Source: Candidatus Giovannonibacteria bacterium (GTDB lineage: Bacteria; Patescibacteriota; Minisyncoccia; UBA11713; 2-01-FULL-45-33). Taken from it: a stretch of DNA of 64,000 nucleotides. Position 1 is the first letter of the stretch. Each line of letters opens with the position of its first letter. Below the pieces are notes generated by a model. It was not told where the DNA came from, did no database searches, and worked only from the letters and a program-made list of their open reading frames with translations. Shown one piece after another: positions 1 to 9,811 of the stretch. Position numbers and translations under genes: made by a program. The stretch covers positions 586,629 through 650,628 of the forward strand of contig CP066687.1 in NCBI GenBank assembly GCA_016432405.1, given 5' to 3'.

Positions 1-20
1 CGTAAATCCTTTTTTATCAA

Positions 21-509
21 TCATTGCCAGTTGAGCATGTACTCTTCTAATTCAAATGATTGCTGGCCGAACCTTTCTTCCCAGGAAACTTTTGATTTTA
101 TTTTAACTTCGTCCGTGCCTATGGTTTCTAAAGTAATTTTTCTTATAAAAATCGTTGGCGTGCCGGCGCCGTAACTATAAAGGCCGGAAGCTGAAGCCAG
201 ATTAAGCGCCGGGCAGGAAGCGCCGCAGGAATCTATCTCCGAAGTTACGGCGTCTATTTTGCAGCTATTCGGAGTAAGGCAGGCGTTCATGCCAAAAAGC
301 CAATTCCGGCCTCCCAAAACATTGCTTGAGCGGTAATTGCGGATAAGCTCAATCCCCTCCTGCGCCAAGCTGGCCGCCAAAAGGCCGTTCTTCGCCTGCG
401 AAAAAGATTTTATGCTTGTTGAGGCAAGCGTCAGCGGGCCGACCACGGCGATTATTAAAATCGCTACTGCGACGGTGGTTTCTAAGAGCGAAAAACCCGG
501 CTTTTTCAT
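21..509 (-). CDS. Minor type IV pilin (PilV-like)
   Basis: Class III signal G|FSLLE followed by a hydrophobic helix; in pilus cluster. Confidence 0.8.
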   Translation of the reverse strand: MKKPGFSLLETTVAVAILIIAVVGPLTLASTSIKSFSQAKNGLLAASLAQEGIELIRNYRSSNVLGGRNWLFGMNACLTPNSCKIDAVTSEIDSCGASCPALNLASASGLYSYGAGTPTIFIRKITLETIGTDEVKIKSKVSWEERFGQQSFELEEYMLNWQ

Positions 510-1100
510 TTATTCAATTGATATCTGCCCGGTAGACCTTACCACGACCTTTTTTGAAACAGTCCCGTCGGCGGAATCCAAGCGCACCTCGGCGTAATTA
601 TAATCCGCGCCGATGCCTGTTATGAAAATTGCCGGCCCCGGGCGGACGTATAAGATTGAAAGCTCCGTCAAATCGCACCCGGAAGAGCATATGCCCGCGT
701 CAAACCCGCGGAGCCATCCTATGCTTGCCTTGCTTTCAATAAGTATGCTCCCAACCGTTTCCTCCACCGGAGCGGAGTCGTAATATTTCGTGCAATTCGC
801 GTCGCCGTAAATAAAATAATGGGTTTTATCGGCCATAGAAAAAAAGAGACCGTATCCCGGGAATTTGACGGGCGGATTTTGACAATAGGGGTCATCGTTG
901 AAAGACGAGTTAAATTCCCGCACCGCGAGCGCGTAGGACTGGGCTTTGCGCAAAGAAAGCGCGAGCTTGCTTGCCTCATGATCAACCGCGATTTGCCTCT
1001 GAAATCTCGGGAAATTCGCCAACATCAAAGAAGAAATAAGCCCCATAACTCCCAAAACGACGACTACTTCAATAAGAGTAAAGCCGGAAAATCGCTTCAT
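510..1100 (-). CDS. Minor type IV pilin (FimT/GspH-like)
   Basis: G|FTLIE prepilin motif; C-terminal V..tGqI motif. Confidence 0.8.
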   Translation of the reverse strand: MKRFSGFTLIEVVVVLGVMGLISSLMLANFPRFQRQIAVDHEASKLALSLRKAQSYALAVREFNSSFNDDPYCQNPPVKFPGYGLFFSMADKTHYFIYGDANCTKYYDSAPVEETVGSILIESKASIGWLRGFDAGICSSGCDLTELSILYVRPGPAIFITGIGADYNYAEVRLDSADGTVSKKVVVRSTGQISIE

Positions 1101-1107
1101 TAGAAAA

Positions 1108-1908
1108 TTATATCATAATATCGTAAAAAGCGCGGAAAAAATCCGGGAAAAGCCAAACGGCGAATACGGCGCCCGCCAAAAAGGGCGCGAAAGGAATCTC
1201 GCTTTTAAGCCCAAACTGTTTAACGCCGAAAGGCAATCCGATTGCCAAGCCACTTGGCAATCGGATTGCCAAGAGAAGAACGGCCCCGAAAAGCCCCCCA
1301 AGCCAAAAAGACAAAAAGAGCATGCCAAGATTTAACGGCCAACCCAAAAAGAGAGAGACCCAAAAAGCGGCGTCGGCGTCTCCCCTGCCCATCCAGCGCC
1401 CGCCGGAAGCGCGCCACAAAAGATAAAAAAGGAGCGCTATCAAAAAAGAGGAAGCGGCATCTTTTGTGAAATCGCCCCGGCTTACAAATTCAACCGCCGA
1501 GAACGCCGCGAAGGCGTAAAGAAAATGCGAATCTATTATTTTATTTTTAAAATCGTAGGCGGCCAGTAAAAATAGCAAAGAGAAAGCGGCAAAGTAAAAC
1601 AACCATGAAGTTAGAAGTTGGAAGTTAGAAGTTGGAAGCTTAGAATAAATCAAGACCCCAATTATTCCACTGCTAATCTCCACTATCGGGTACTGCCATG
1701 ATATTTTGCTCCCGCAGTAAGAACATCTTCCGCGCAAAGAAACAAAACTCAAAACAGGGACATTCTGCCACCATGCCAATTTTTTCCCGCAAGAAAAACA
1801 CCGGGAGCCGTTTTTCACGATTGACTCGCCGGTGTTTTTTCTCAATAAAACTACATTAAAGAAGCTCCCCAGAATCAGGCCGAAAATAAAAACGAAGAGT
1901 TTCTCCAC
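1108..1908 (-). CDS. pilD: Prepilin peptidase
   Basis: GSFFNV, two CxxC pairs, MGRGD, IPFAPFL motifs. Confidence 0.93.
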   Translation of the reverse strand: MEKLFVFIFGLILGSFFNVVLLRKNTGESIVKNGSRCFSCGKKLAWWQNVPVLSFVSLRGRCSYCGSKISWQYPIVEISSGIIGVLIYSKLPTSNFQLLTSWLFYFAAFSLLFLLAAYDFKNKIIDSHFLYAFAAFSAVEFVSRGDFTKDAASSFLIALLFYLLWRASGGRWMGRGDADAAFWVSLFLGWPLNLGMLFLSFWLGGLFGAVLLLAIRLPSGLAIGLPFGVKQFGLKSEIPFAPFLAGAVFAVWLFPDFFRAFYDIMI

Positions 1909-1917
1909 GCTTTCATT

Positions 1918-2445
1918 TTACGGCTTTACGTCGTAGCAAAGCGCCCCCGTGTCAGCCGCGTTGCACTTACCGCTGTCCGCTCCGGAGAAATCAGCTGCGC
2001 TCCCGGTGCAGGCGGTGCCCGCCGAGGCATCAGCGTCTGAATTTTTAGCAGGGTTGGTGCTTTCCTCCAAAGAAGTTCCCAAGTGATACGAAGTGCAGGA
2101 GCTGCCGCTGCCCAAAGCAGAATAGCTGTAAGCAGTGCTGCCAACCGGGTCAGTCGGAATCTGGGCAATGCATGCCCCTCCGCCGCAGCCGGTCGTGAGC
2201 CCGGACAAAGCAGTCGGGTAGTTGCCGGTGTTGCCGTCAAAATAAAGTTCAAGCGCGACTTGAAGCTGTTTGACGTCCGCTAGGCGCCTGGCGTCGCGCG
2301 ACTTTTTGCGCGCCGAGTTTAAGGAAGCCAAAACAACCGAGGCCAATATACCGATAATGGCGATGACCACTAAAAGTTCAATGAGCGTAAACCCAAACCC
2401 GCCGGCCATGCCCTTTACCCCGTCCTTTTTCATAGATCTAAACAT
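1918..2445 (-). CDS. Type IV pilin / GspG-like major pilin
   Basis: GFTLIELLVVIAIIGILASVV...ARKKSRDARR; start uncertain (2433, 2445 or 2451). Confidence 0.88.
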   Translation of the reverse strand: MFRSMKKDGVKGMAGGFGFTLIELLVVIAIIGILASVVLASLNSARKKSRDARRLADVKQLQVALELYFDGNTGNYPTALSGLTTGCGGGACIAQIPTDPVGSTAYSYSALGSGSSCTSYHLGTSLEESTNPAKNSDADASAGTACTGSAADFSGADSGKCNAADTGALCYDVKP

Positions 2446-2520
2446 AAACAAGTAAATAATACTGCTAAATTAAGAGAATCGACCTCTCAAGGTTAATTAT
2501 AGCAAAAATAAAGCCGGACG

Positions 2521-3741
2521 CTAGAAAGCTGTGGATATGTTATAAATGGGCACCAGGACCGCCGCGACCAATATTCCCACTCCCAAGCCCAAGGCCACAA
2601 TCAAAACCGGCTCAATCAAGCTCACCAAGTTGTCTATAAAGTTATCCACATCTCTTCTGTAAAATCCGGCGACACTTTTTAAAATATAATCCAGCTTGCC
2701 CGTCTCCTCGCCTATCCTTATCATCTGCGAAAGGAGCGGCGGGATGTCCTCGTATTTTGAAAATGACTCGGAGATCATATTGCCGCTTTTCACAGATTCC
2801 ATTGAATCCAGAAGTATTTTCCTGTAGATTTCGTTGCCGACTACTTCGGAGGTAATCTCAAGCGCCCGGACGACCGTGATGCCTCCGGAAAGCAGAGTGT
2901 GGAGATTGTCCGATATGCGGGAGAGGTAGATTTTTTTATAAAGCCCGCCGATGAGCGGCGCGGCTATGACCAGGCGCGAAAAATAAATTTTGCCATTTTC
3001 GGTCTTGGCGTATCTGGCGAGAAAAACGCCGAGCGCCGCCAAAAGCAAAATCAAAATGATTCCGAAATTGCGCAGGAGGTCGGAAAACCCGATGATGATG
3101 CGCGTGTATATCGGTATCTTCTGGCCCGATTCCACAAGAATGTTCGCCAAATTGGGGACGACGAAAATAAGCATCATCGCCATAACGGCGATGAAAGCCG
3201 AGAGCACGAATGCCGGATAAATCAGGGCGTTTCTGGCTTTTCTGGCAAGCTCATAAGAGCGCTCAAGGTAGTCCGCCAGAAAACGGAAGATTTCTTCCAA
3301 TTTTCCCGACTCTTCGCCTGACCGGACCATCGCCACGTAAAATTTTGAAAACACCTCCGGCCGGCGCGACATCGCCTGCGACATCGGCATGCCTCCCTGA
3401 ATGTCGTCCAAAAGGTCGGAGATGTTTTTCCGGAGCGCGCGGCTTTCGGTTTCTCCGATAATGATTTTTAAGGACTCAACCACCGGCACTTTCGCTTCAA
3501 AAAGCGTGGAGAGCTGGCGGGTTAAAATCACCACGTCTTCCATCGGGATTCTTTCAAAAACGCCGAGCCACTCGGCGATTTTGCCGACTCCCATGCCCGC
3601 GGCGCCTTCAATCGGCTCAATTGAAAGCACTAAAAAATTTCTCTGCTGAAGGGAAGACACGGCCAAGTCCACGCTCGCCGCCTCAATCACGCCCTCCGTC
3701 GCCCCGCCTTCCCCCGTCCTTGCTTTATACCGGAATTGCAT
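2521..3741 (-). CDS. pilC: Type IV pilus platform protein (PilC/GspF)
   Basis: Two T2SSF repeats (GEESGKL, GEETGKL), YPAFV and EP motifs. Confidence 0.93.
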   Translation of the reverse strand: MQFRYKARTGEGGATEGVIEAASVDLAVSSLQQRNFLVLSIEPIEGAAGMGVGKIAEWLGVFERIPMEDVVILTRQLSTLFEAKVPVVESLKIIIGETESRALRKNISDLLDDIQGGMPMSQAMSRRPEVFSKFYVAMVRSGEESGKLEEIFRFLADYLERSYELARKARNALIYPAFVLSAFIAVMAMMLIFVVPNLANILVESGQKIPIYTRIIIGFSDLLRNFGIILILLLAALGVFLARYAKTENGKIYFSRLVIAAPLIGGLYKKIYLSRISDNLHTLLSGGITVVRALEITSEVVGNEIYRKILLDSMESVKSGNMISESFSKYEDIPPLLSQMIRIGEETGKLDYILKSVAGFYRRDVDNFIDNLVSLIEPVLIVALGLGVGILVAAVLVPIYNISTAF

Positions 3742-3797
3742 ATTGACTTTATTTTAACATATATGCTAGGATGCATCTAGAAAAGGAGGGTCTTATA

Positions 3798-4259
3798 ATG
3801 GAAACAATTACTATTGTTCTTTTGAGCGCCTTCGCTTACTTGGTAATCGGCTGCCGATTCGCCAAGTTTAACCAAGCACTGTGGAACGCGAAGATTTCCG
3901 GCTCTGGTTTTAATCCGAATGTGAACTTCTTTGGAGAAAAAACACACAAAATCTGTGAGAACCTGATGTTTATCTCGCTCTTCCCGGTGACAACATTCTT
4001 TGCCGCGATAAATCAGCTTGGCGCGAGCCCGCTCTCATTTTGGCGCCGCCATATGTGCGATAAGAAATACGATCGCGACCTCACTTTTGTAACGATTTTT
4101 TGGCCGGCAAAGCTTGTGTTGAACACGGCAACGATTACTATCTTGCTCGCCGTTATCGTACCAGCTATGTTTGTTGTCAGCATCATCTATTCCTCGCTTA
4201 CAATTTTCTCGGAAAAACCGATCGCCGAAGAAAAACCGAGAGAGGCCACTGCCAAGTAG
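3798..4259 (+). CDS. Orphan membrane protein inserted between pilT and pilC in opposite orientation
   Basis: SD AAAAGGAGG, ATG 3798, own TTGACT promoter at 3743, hydrophobic segments. Confidence 0.65.
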   Translation: METITIVLLSAFAYLVIGCRFAKFNQALWNAKISGSGFNPNVNFFGEKTHKICENLMFISLFPVTTFFAAINQLGASPLSFWRRHMCDKKYDRDLTFVTIFWPAKLVLNTATITILLAVIVPAMFVVSIIYSSLTIFSEKPIAEEKPREATAK

Positions 4260-4281
4260 GCCTTTTTTATTTTTACAAAAA

Positions 4282-5355
4282 TTACTTCCCCGCCAAGATT
4301 CTTAATTCCTGCGGATTGAGAGAAAACAGCAAAGCGTTTTCCATTGTTATCTCGCCCCTGCGCACAAGCTCAATCAAAGAGCGGTTGAAACTGACCATTC
4401 CGGCCTCGGCGTTGGTCTCTATCACCAAATCAATCTCATGCACTTTATTTTCGCGGATGAGGTTGCGGACGGCGGCGTTGGAAATCAAAAGCTCGTAAGC
4501 AGGTATCAGCCCGCCCGAGACGCGCAGAATCAGCCGCTGGGAAAAGATGCCAATGAGAGTGCTCGCAAGCTGCGTCCGAATCTGCCCCTGCTGGTCTCCG
4601 GGGAAAGTGTCTATGATGCGGTCAATTGTCTGGGCGGCGTTGTTTGTATGAAGCGACGAGAGCACCAAGTGCCCCGTCTCGGCCGCCGTCACGGCGGCCG
4701 ACATCGTCTCCGGATCGCGCATCTCGCCTATCATGGCGACGTTTACGTCCTCGCGGAACATTGAGCGCAGCGCCGTGTGGAAATCCTTCGTGTCCAGCCC
4801 GACCTCCCTTTGGTCAATGATTGACCTGTCCGGGGTAAAAATATATTCAATCGGGTCTTCAATAGTGATGATGTGCTCGGTGCGGGTGTGGTTAATCATA
4901 TCAACCAAAGCCGCCAAGGTCGTGGATTTGCCGTGCCCGGTCGGCCCCACCACCAGGAAAAACCCCTGTTCTTTTTTGGAAAACTCCGCCAAAACCGGCG
5001 GGATATTCAGCTCTTCCAGAGTTTTTATTTTATACGGGACTATTCTCAAGGCGGCGCCTATAAAACCCTTTTGGAAATAAGAATTCACCCGGAAGCGGAT
5101 TTTGTCTTTGTAAGAATAAGAAAAATCCTTTTCCTTGCTCCGCAAAAATTCCTGGAAGTTTTCTTTGTCCATCATCGCCGCAACCAGCCCTTCCGTGTCG
5201 GCAGACGTAAGAATCGGCCTCTTGGCAAGCGGGACGAGTTGTCCTGAAATCCGGAGCACCGGGTGCCTGCCCACGGCAAGATGCAGGTCGGATGCACCCT
5301 CTTCCGCCACCTGCGTTATCAATTCCTCCAAAAGTTTATTGTATTCGGTCGCCAT
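4282..5355 (-). CDS. pilT: Pilus retraction ATPase
   Basis: ASDLHL, GPTGHGKST, TIEDPIE, GEMRD, AAETGHLV, AVRNLIRE. Confidence 0.95.
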   Translation of the reverse strand: MATEYNKLLEELITQVAEEGASDLHLAVGRHPVLRISGQLVPLAKRPILTSADTEGLVAAMMDKENFQEFLRSKEKDFSYSYKDKIRFRVNSYFQKGFIGAALRIVPYKIKTLEELNIPPVLAEFSKKEQGFFLVVGPTGHGKSTTLAALVDMINHTRTEHIITIEDPIEYIFTPDRSIIDQREVGLDTKDFHTALRSMFREDVNVAMIGEMRDPETMSAAVTAAETGHLVLSSLHTNNAAQTIDRIIDTFPGDQQGQIRTQLASTLIGIFSQRLILRVSGGLIPAYELLISNAAVRNLIRENKVHEIDLVIETNAEAGMVSFNRSLIELVRRGEITMENALLFSLNPQELRILAGK

Positions 5356-5367
5356 TTTAAAGCTTAT

Positions 5368-5796
5368 TTAAATATGGAAATCACCGGACGCGCCGGATGC
5401 CGGCCCGCCGGATGCCTGCGTCTTACTGCCCAAAAGCCCCCTCACTTTCGCCACAACCTCCGACGGCGTGAAATGCGCTTTTACTATGTAATCGGTCGCG
5501 CCAAGCTTAAGCCCCCGTTCAACGTCCTCCTTTTGCCCAAGATTCGTCAAAATCACAATGACGGCGTTCGGCGCGAGATTGTCTTTTTTGAGCGCGCGCA
5601 GCACGTCAAACCCGTCCATTTTTGGCATAACGATATCCAAAAGTATCACGTCCGGTTCTGCGCTTTTGGATTTAGCGAGCGCCTCCTCGCCGTTTTTCGC
5701 AATATCAACCGCGAAGCCGGACTCCTTGAACTTGATGGCGTACATGTCCAAAAGGAAAGCGTCGTCGTCAACTATCAAAACCTTTGTCGGGTTCAT
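5368..5796 (-). CDS. Single-domain response regulator receiver
   Basis: LIVDDD, LLDIVMPKMDG, GATDYIVK; ATG 5796 overlaps upstream stop. Confidence 0.9.
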   Translation of the reverse strand: MNPTKVLIVDDDAFLLDMYAIKFKESGFAVDIAKNGEEALAKSKSAEPDVILLDIVMPKMDGFDVLRALKKDNLAPNAVIVILTNLGQKEDVERGLKLGATDYIVKAHFTPSEVVAKVRGLLGSKTQASGGPASGASGDFHI

Positions 5797-6239
5797 GGGT
5801 TTACCGTCTGCCATCCGGGATTCTTGCCCCTGATGGAATTAGTTTCTAAAAAATACCGGATGGTGTAAGAAATGCCGTCCGCGGATTGGTAGCAGTATAA
5901 AAACGAGTTTGCCCCGCCGCAGCTCCCAGAGCCGGTGTATTTTGGGTCCAATGGCATAGTTTTTATCGCCCCTTCCGAAAGAAGCAAAGACGAAAGGCAA
6001 TCATTGCTGCCGTCTATCGCGGTTTCCTGCTGGCAGACGGGATAAACGTTTTTTTGGTTTATGTAAAGATTAAGCGCGCTTTGTACGGATTTAATATCCT
6101 CCTCGCGCCGGGCATCTCTCCCCTTGGCGGCGGAGGGAGAAAACAAAACCATGGCGATAGCCGCCATCAGCCCGATAATCCCCAGAACCACCAAAAGCTC
6201 TATTATGGTAAACCCCCGTTTTTTAAGCGCTATCCCCAT
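5793..6239 (-). CDS. Type IV pilin / GspG-like
   Basis: GFTIIELLVV, RDARR, PLDP. Confidence 0.85.
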   Translation of the reverse strand: MGIALKKRGFTIIELLVVLGIIGLMAAIAMVLFSPSAAKGRDARREEDIKSVQSALNLYINQKNVYPVCQQETAIDGSNDCLSSLLLSEGAIKTMPLDPKYTGSGSCGGANSFLYCYQSADGISYTIRYFLETNSIRGKNPGWQTVNP

Positions 6240-6244
6240 ATCTT

Positions 6245-7957
6245 CTATATTACTTCCAACAGCTCTTCCAGTCCAATCTTGCCTTCCAGCACCCTCAAAA
6301 TGCCGTCTTGACGCAAAGTTGTCATCCCTTGCTTCCGGGCCTCTTCTTCTATTTTCGGCTCCGGAGCTTTTTCAAGGATAAGCGCCTCCAGTTCCTTGGT
6401 TGCTCCTAAGACCTCAAAAATGGCGATGCGCCCTTTTGAGCCCTTGGGGCAGGTTCCGGAAATCTTCGGCCGGTAAATCGCTTTCGGCAGTTTGATTTTT
6501 TTCTTTACGCCGTCGGGCATCGCTTCAATCTCTTTTAAAATGACTTCTTTCGTCTTGCCTTCCAGCGGCACCTCTTCTTTGGAATCTTCGCAAAGCGTCC
6601 GCACCAGCCGCTGGCCTATGGCCATAATCAAAGTCGGGGCGATGAGATACGGGTCCACCCCCATGTCTATGAGCCGGGGAATAACCCCGACCGCGGTGTT
6701 GGTATGCAAGGTCGCTAAAACCAGATGCCCGGTAAGGGCGGCGTGTATGGCAAGCTGGGCGGTTTCTTTGTCGCGTATCTCGCCTACCATTATAACATCC
6801 GGGTCCTGGCGGAGAATATGCCGAAGGCCCTCCGCAAAATCGTAGCCGATTTCCGGCCGGACCTGCGATTGGTTTATGCCCTGGATGGCGTATTCAACAG
6901 GGTCTTCCAAACTGACCGTGTTCCAGCGGTCTTCGTTTAAGGATTTAAGCATCGCGTAAAGCGTGGTTGATTTTCCGGAACCGGTGGGGCCGGTGAGCAA
7001 AATCAGGCCGTAGGGCTCGGAGAGGGCGTTTTTGACTTTTTTGTAATCGTCTTCGGAAAAGCCGAGGTCGTCCAGGGTCTTAATCCCGGTCTCGGGGTCC
7101 AAGATGCGGATGGCGACTTTCTCGCCGAAATAAGTCGGGAAAGTGGAAACCCTGAAATCAATTTCGCGGTTTTCAATTCTCGCGCTGAAGCGGCCGTCCT
7201 GGGGCTTTCGCTTTTCGTCCAGCTGCATATTGGTGAGGATTTTTACGCGCGAGACAATAGAGTCATGCACTTTCATCGGCAAAAAAAGACTGGTATATAG
7301 AATGCCGTCCACGCGGAAGCGAACGCGGAGCTTATCCCTGCCCGGCTCAATGTGGACGTCGGAGGCCCGGCCCTCGGTCGCGTGCCGCAAAATCACCGCC
7401 ACCATTTTTGTGATGGGGGCTTCTTCAACGAACGAGGTTTCCGCGCGCTCAAGCGCTTTCGGCAAAGTCGGCTCCTCGGAAAGCGCCACCTCAAGCTCGC
7501 CCAAAACTTTCGTCACCTCGCCGGAGATGCCTTTGTACTCTTCAAGCACGCCAGCCAGGTCGCGGCGCGAGATGAGGAAAATTTTAAACGGCTGGTTGAG
7601 CCGGGCCGCGATAAATTTAAGCGCTTCTCTGGCCTCAATGTTGTCTGGGTCAATCATGCCGATGGAAATCATCCCGTTTTCCTGCCCCACCGGCGCGAAC
7701 TGGTAATGCCGGGCGGATTCCTCCGGAATATTTTTTAAAAGGTCAAAAGGAATTTTTTTGCCTGCCAAGGACAGCACCGGGATGCCCAGCGCCTCGCCTT
7801 TGGCGTTTAAAATTTTCTGCTCGTCCAATCCGCGCTCCAAGAGCTCCTCTTCAATGGAGATGTTTTTGCTCCGCGCCATTTTTTTTACTTCGGTCGCCTC
7901 CTGGAGCGTAACGTCTCCGGAAGCCGCCAAAACGTCTAAAATTCCCTTCGCCGCCAT
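6245..7957 (-). CDS. pilB: Pilus assembly ATPase (PilB/GspE)
   Basis: ASDVHIEP, PQDGRF, GPTGSGKST, LRQDPDVIMVGEIRD. Confidence 0.94.
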   Translation of the reverse strand: MAAKGILDVLAASGDVTLQEATEVKKMARSKNISIEEELLERGLDEQKILNAKGEALGIPVLSLAGKKIPFDLLKNIPEESARHYQFAPVGQENGMISIGMIDPDNIEAREALKFIAARLNQPFKIFLISRRDLAGVLEEYKGISGEVTKVLGELEVALSEEPTLPKALERAETSFVEEAPITKMVAVILRHATEGRASDVHIEPGRDKLRVRFRVDGILYTSLFLPMKVHDSIVSRVKILTNMQLDEKRKPQDGRFSARIENREIDFRVSTFPTYFGEKVAIRILDPETGIKTLDDLGFSEDDYKKVKNALSEPYGLILLTGPTGSGKSTTLYAMLKSLNEDRWNTVSLEDPVEYAIQGINQSQVRPEIGYDFAEGLRHILRQDPDVIMVGEIRDKETAQLAIHAALTGHLVLATLHTNTAVGVIPRLIDMGVDPYLIAPTLIMAIGQRLVRTLCEDSKEEVPLEGKTKEVILKEIEAMPDGVKKKIKLPKAIYRPKISGTCPKGSKGRIAIFEVLGATKELEALILEKAPEPKIEEEARKQGMTTLRQDGILRVLEGKIGLEELLEVI

Positions 7958-8041
7958 GGAACTATTTTAGCATATTGACAAAATCAAGCCATTTGCTAAG
8001 AATAAGGCAGACAAAATAAACGAAAGAAAAGGAGAGCGGAT

Positions 8042-8296
8042 ATGGGACTTACTGAACTTGCGGCAAAACATTGGGAAGGTATGCAAACCGCGGATAGAAA
8101 AAAGCTTCTGCGAGAACTGGAGTTGACCGCTCACGATCTTGACGGCTACACCGTCGCCGAGGCTTCCGAGACCGCTGACTTCAATTCGTTGCCACTTATT
8201 GTCCGCGGTTGCCTTATCACGGCAGTAACTCTTGACGGGTTTTCCGTAGAGGAGCGCTTATCCCGAGTTGAAAAAATGCGAAAATCGCGAGATTAA
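8042..8296 (+). CDS. Small orphan protein inserted in pil cluster
   Basis: TTGACA promoter at ~7975, SD AAGGAG, opposite strand to the pil genes. Confidence 0.6.
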   Translation: MGLTELAAKHWEGMQTADRKKLLRELELTAHDLDGYTVAEASETADFNSLPLIVRGCLITAVTLDGFSVEERLSRVEKMRKSRD

Positions 8297-8442
8297 TCCG
8301 TACGGGTTCGCCCGGCGGTTTTTATTTACTAAAATTATGGAGCGATCGTTTTATAATTTTAGTGAACCGCACTATTTACCAACTTAGACGTCAGACGTCT
8401 AAATGAGGGCGAGTCCACCCTCATTTTTTTATTTTTAGTTTT

Positions 8443-8727
8443 TTATCTCCTCCCCGGAGCAAAGGGGTTGGTCTTGCCTTTTGAAACGCCTTCCAAAGAT
8501 GTCTTTGGGGCGGCTTCCAATTCCAGAAATTGCGCGTCGTTGAAAAATGCCGTGTCTATTTTTATGTTTTTGAGCCGCCGCACCAGCTCCAACGCCGGCC
8601 CTTCCGTCTCGCCCCCCTGGCTTATGGCGACTTCCCCGCCGCCGGATGACAGCAGCCACCAAACCGCTCCCGCGATTAAAATTAAAACCGCTGCTCCGGT
8701 TATTATATTTTTATTCAGCATTGTCAT
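8443..8727 (-). CDS. Small membrane protein, PilP-position
   Basis: N-terminal TM helix, GKTNPF C-terminal motif, follows pilO. Confidence 0.65.
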   Translation of the reverse strand: MTMLNKNIITGAAVLILIAGAVWWLLSSGGGEVAISQGGETEGPALELVRRLKNIKIDTAFFNDAQFLELEAAPKTSLEGVSKGKTNPFAPGRR

Positions 8728-9281
8728 CTTTGGTAATACGATTTGGCTTTTAAGGTGAATTCAAAAAGGTTTGAACTGCCGCCGGCGAAAGATATGTCGG
8801 TTATGTCCGCCACGCGCAGATTTTTCTCCAGCGCCGCCAAAAAGGACCTGAAGGATTCGTAGGACGCGGAAAGGGTGAAGCTGTAAGAAATAACGTTGGC
8901 GGCGGCTTCTTCCTTGACCGCTATCCTCGCCGGCCCCGCTGTCTGCGGGGCGGTTGCCTGGGAATCTTTTATGAAATCAATTCTCCTTAAGCGCACTCCC
9001 CTGTCTCTGGCTATTCTTTCCAGCGCCACCAAAATATTTCCGCTGTCGGGCTTAGGCGGAAGCAAGTCGTAAAGCCGTTCTACTTTGCTCCGCGGAATGG
9101 AATTGTAGGCATCTAAAAGCTCGTCCCTCAACCCTTCCAATTCGTGAAGGCGCGCGAGGGTGTCTTCAATCGCGCCGATTTCGGCGCGCAGCCCCGAAAC
9201 GTCGCTCCAGATCGGGCGCGCCGCCCAAAAAATCAAACCCACGGCGGCCGCCAGAAAAATTATTGTAAGAGCGGCTTTCAT
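8724..9281 (-). CDS. pilO: Pilus alignment protein PilO-like
   Basis: TM, coiled coil, LLP and SY..F..FL..LE...R motifs. Confidence 0.8.
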   Translation of the reverse strand: MKAALTIIFLAAAVGLIFWAARPIWSDVSGLRAEIGAIEDTLARLHELEGLRDELLDAYNSIPRSKVERLYDLLPPKPDSGNILVALERIARDRGVRLRRIDFIKDSQATAPQTAGPARIAVKEEAAANVISYSFTLSASYESFRSFLAALEKNLRVADITDISFAGGSSNLFEFTLKAKSYYQR

Positions 9282-9808
9282 TTTTTTAAAGCAATATTTA
9301 AAGTAAAGCCGACCGCTCCGGTTTCTCTAAGCGAAAGATTCCCAAAAGTGGCGCTGGCAACGTTCGGCAGCGCCTCAAAAGCGCTGGACTGGGCGGAAAC
9401 GTCGGCGTAGCTCGCCGCTTCCCCGGTCAAAGTAACAGTGTTTTTTTCGGCCGAGTAGCCGAAAGTGGCGAAACTTGCCGAGGGAATCGTATTGGCTTCT
9501 ATCATGTCAAAGGTCGCCGAGGTTTTTTGGTGGCCACGCAAAATCACCCGCGCTGCGGAGATAGAGTTGGAAACCCTTTCCAGCTCCGCTATCAAAGATG
9601 GTTCAAAAGCGACCTCCAGTTTTTGCAAAACCGATTTCTGGCGCGCAATATTGTTTACCAGATAGTTTCTGTAAAGATAAAGCCCGCCGGTCAGAAAAGC
9701 CGAGGCCATAAAAAGTATGAAAGCAATCCGCAAAAAAACTCCCAAACCGCCCGGGGCATAAATCTGGCTTTGCGGCAATTTTTTTGGTATTAAAGATTCT
9801 TCCGCCAT
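9278..9808 (-). CDS. pilN: Pilus alignment protein PilN-like
   Basis: TM, coiled coil, LTGEAASY; between pilM and pilO. Confidence 0.72.
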   Translation of the reverse strand: MAEESLIPKKLPQSQIYAPGGLGVFLRIAFILFMASAFLTGGLYLYRNYLVNNIARQKSVLQKLEVAFEPSLIAELERVSNSISAARVILRGHQKTSATFDMIEANTIPSASFATFGYSAEKNTVTLTGEAASYADVSAQSSAFEALPNVASATFGNLSLRETGAVGFTLNIALKK

Positions 9809-9811
9809 TTT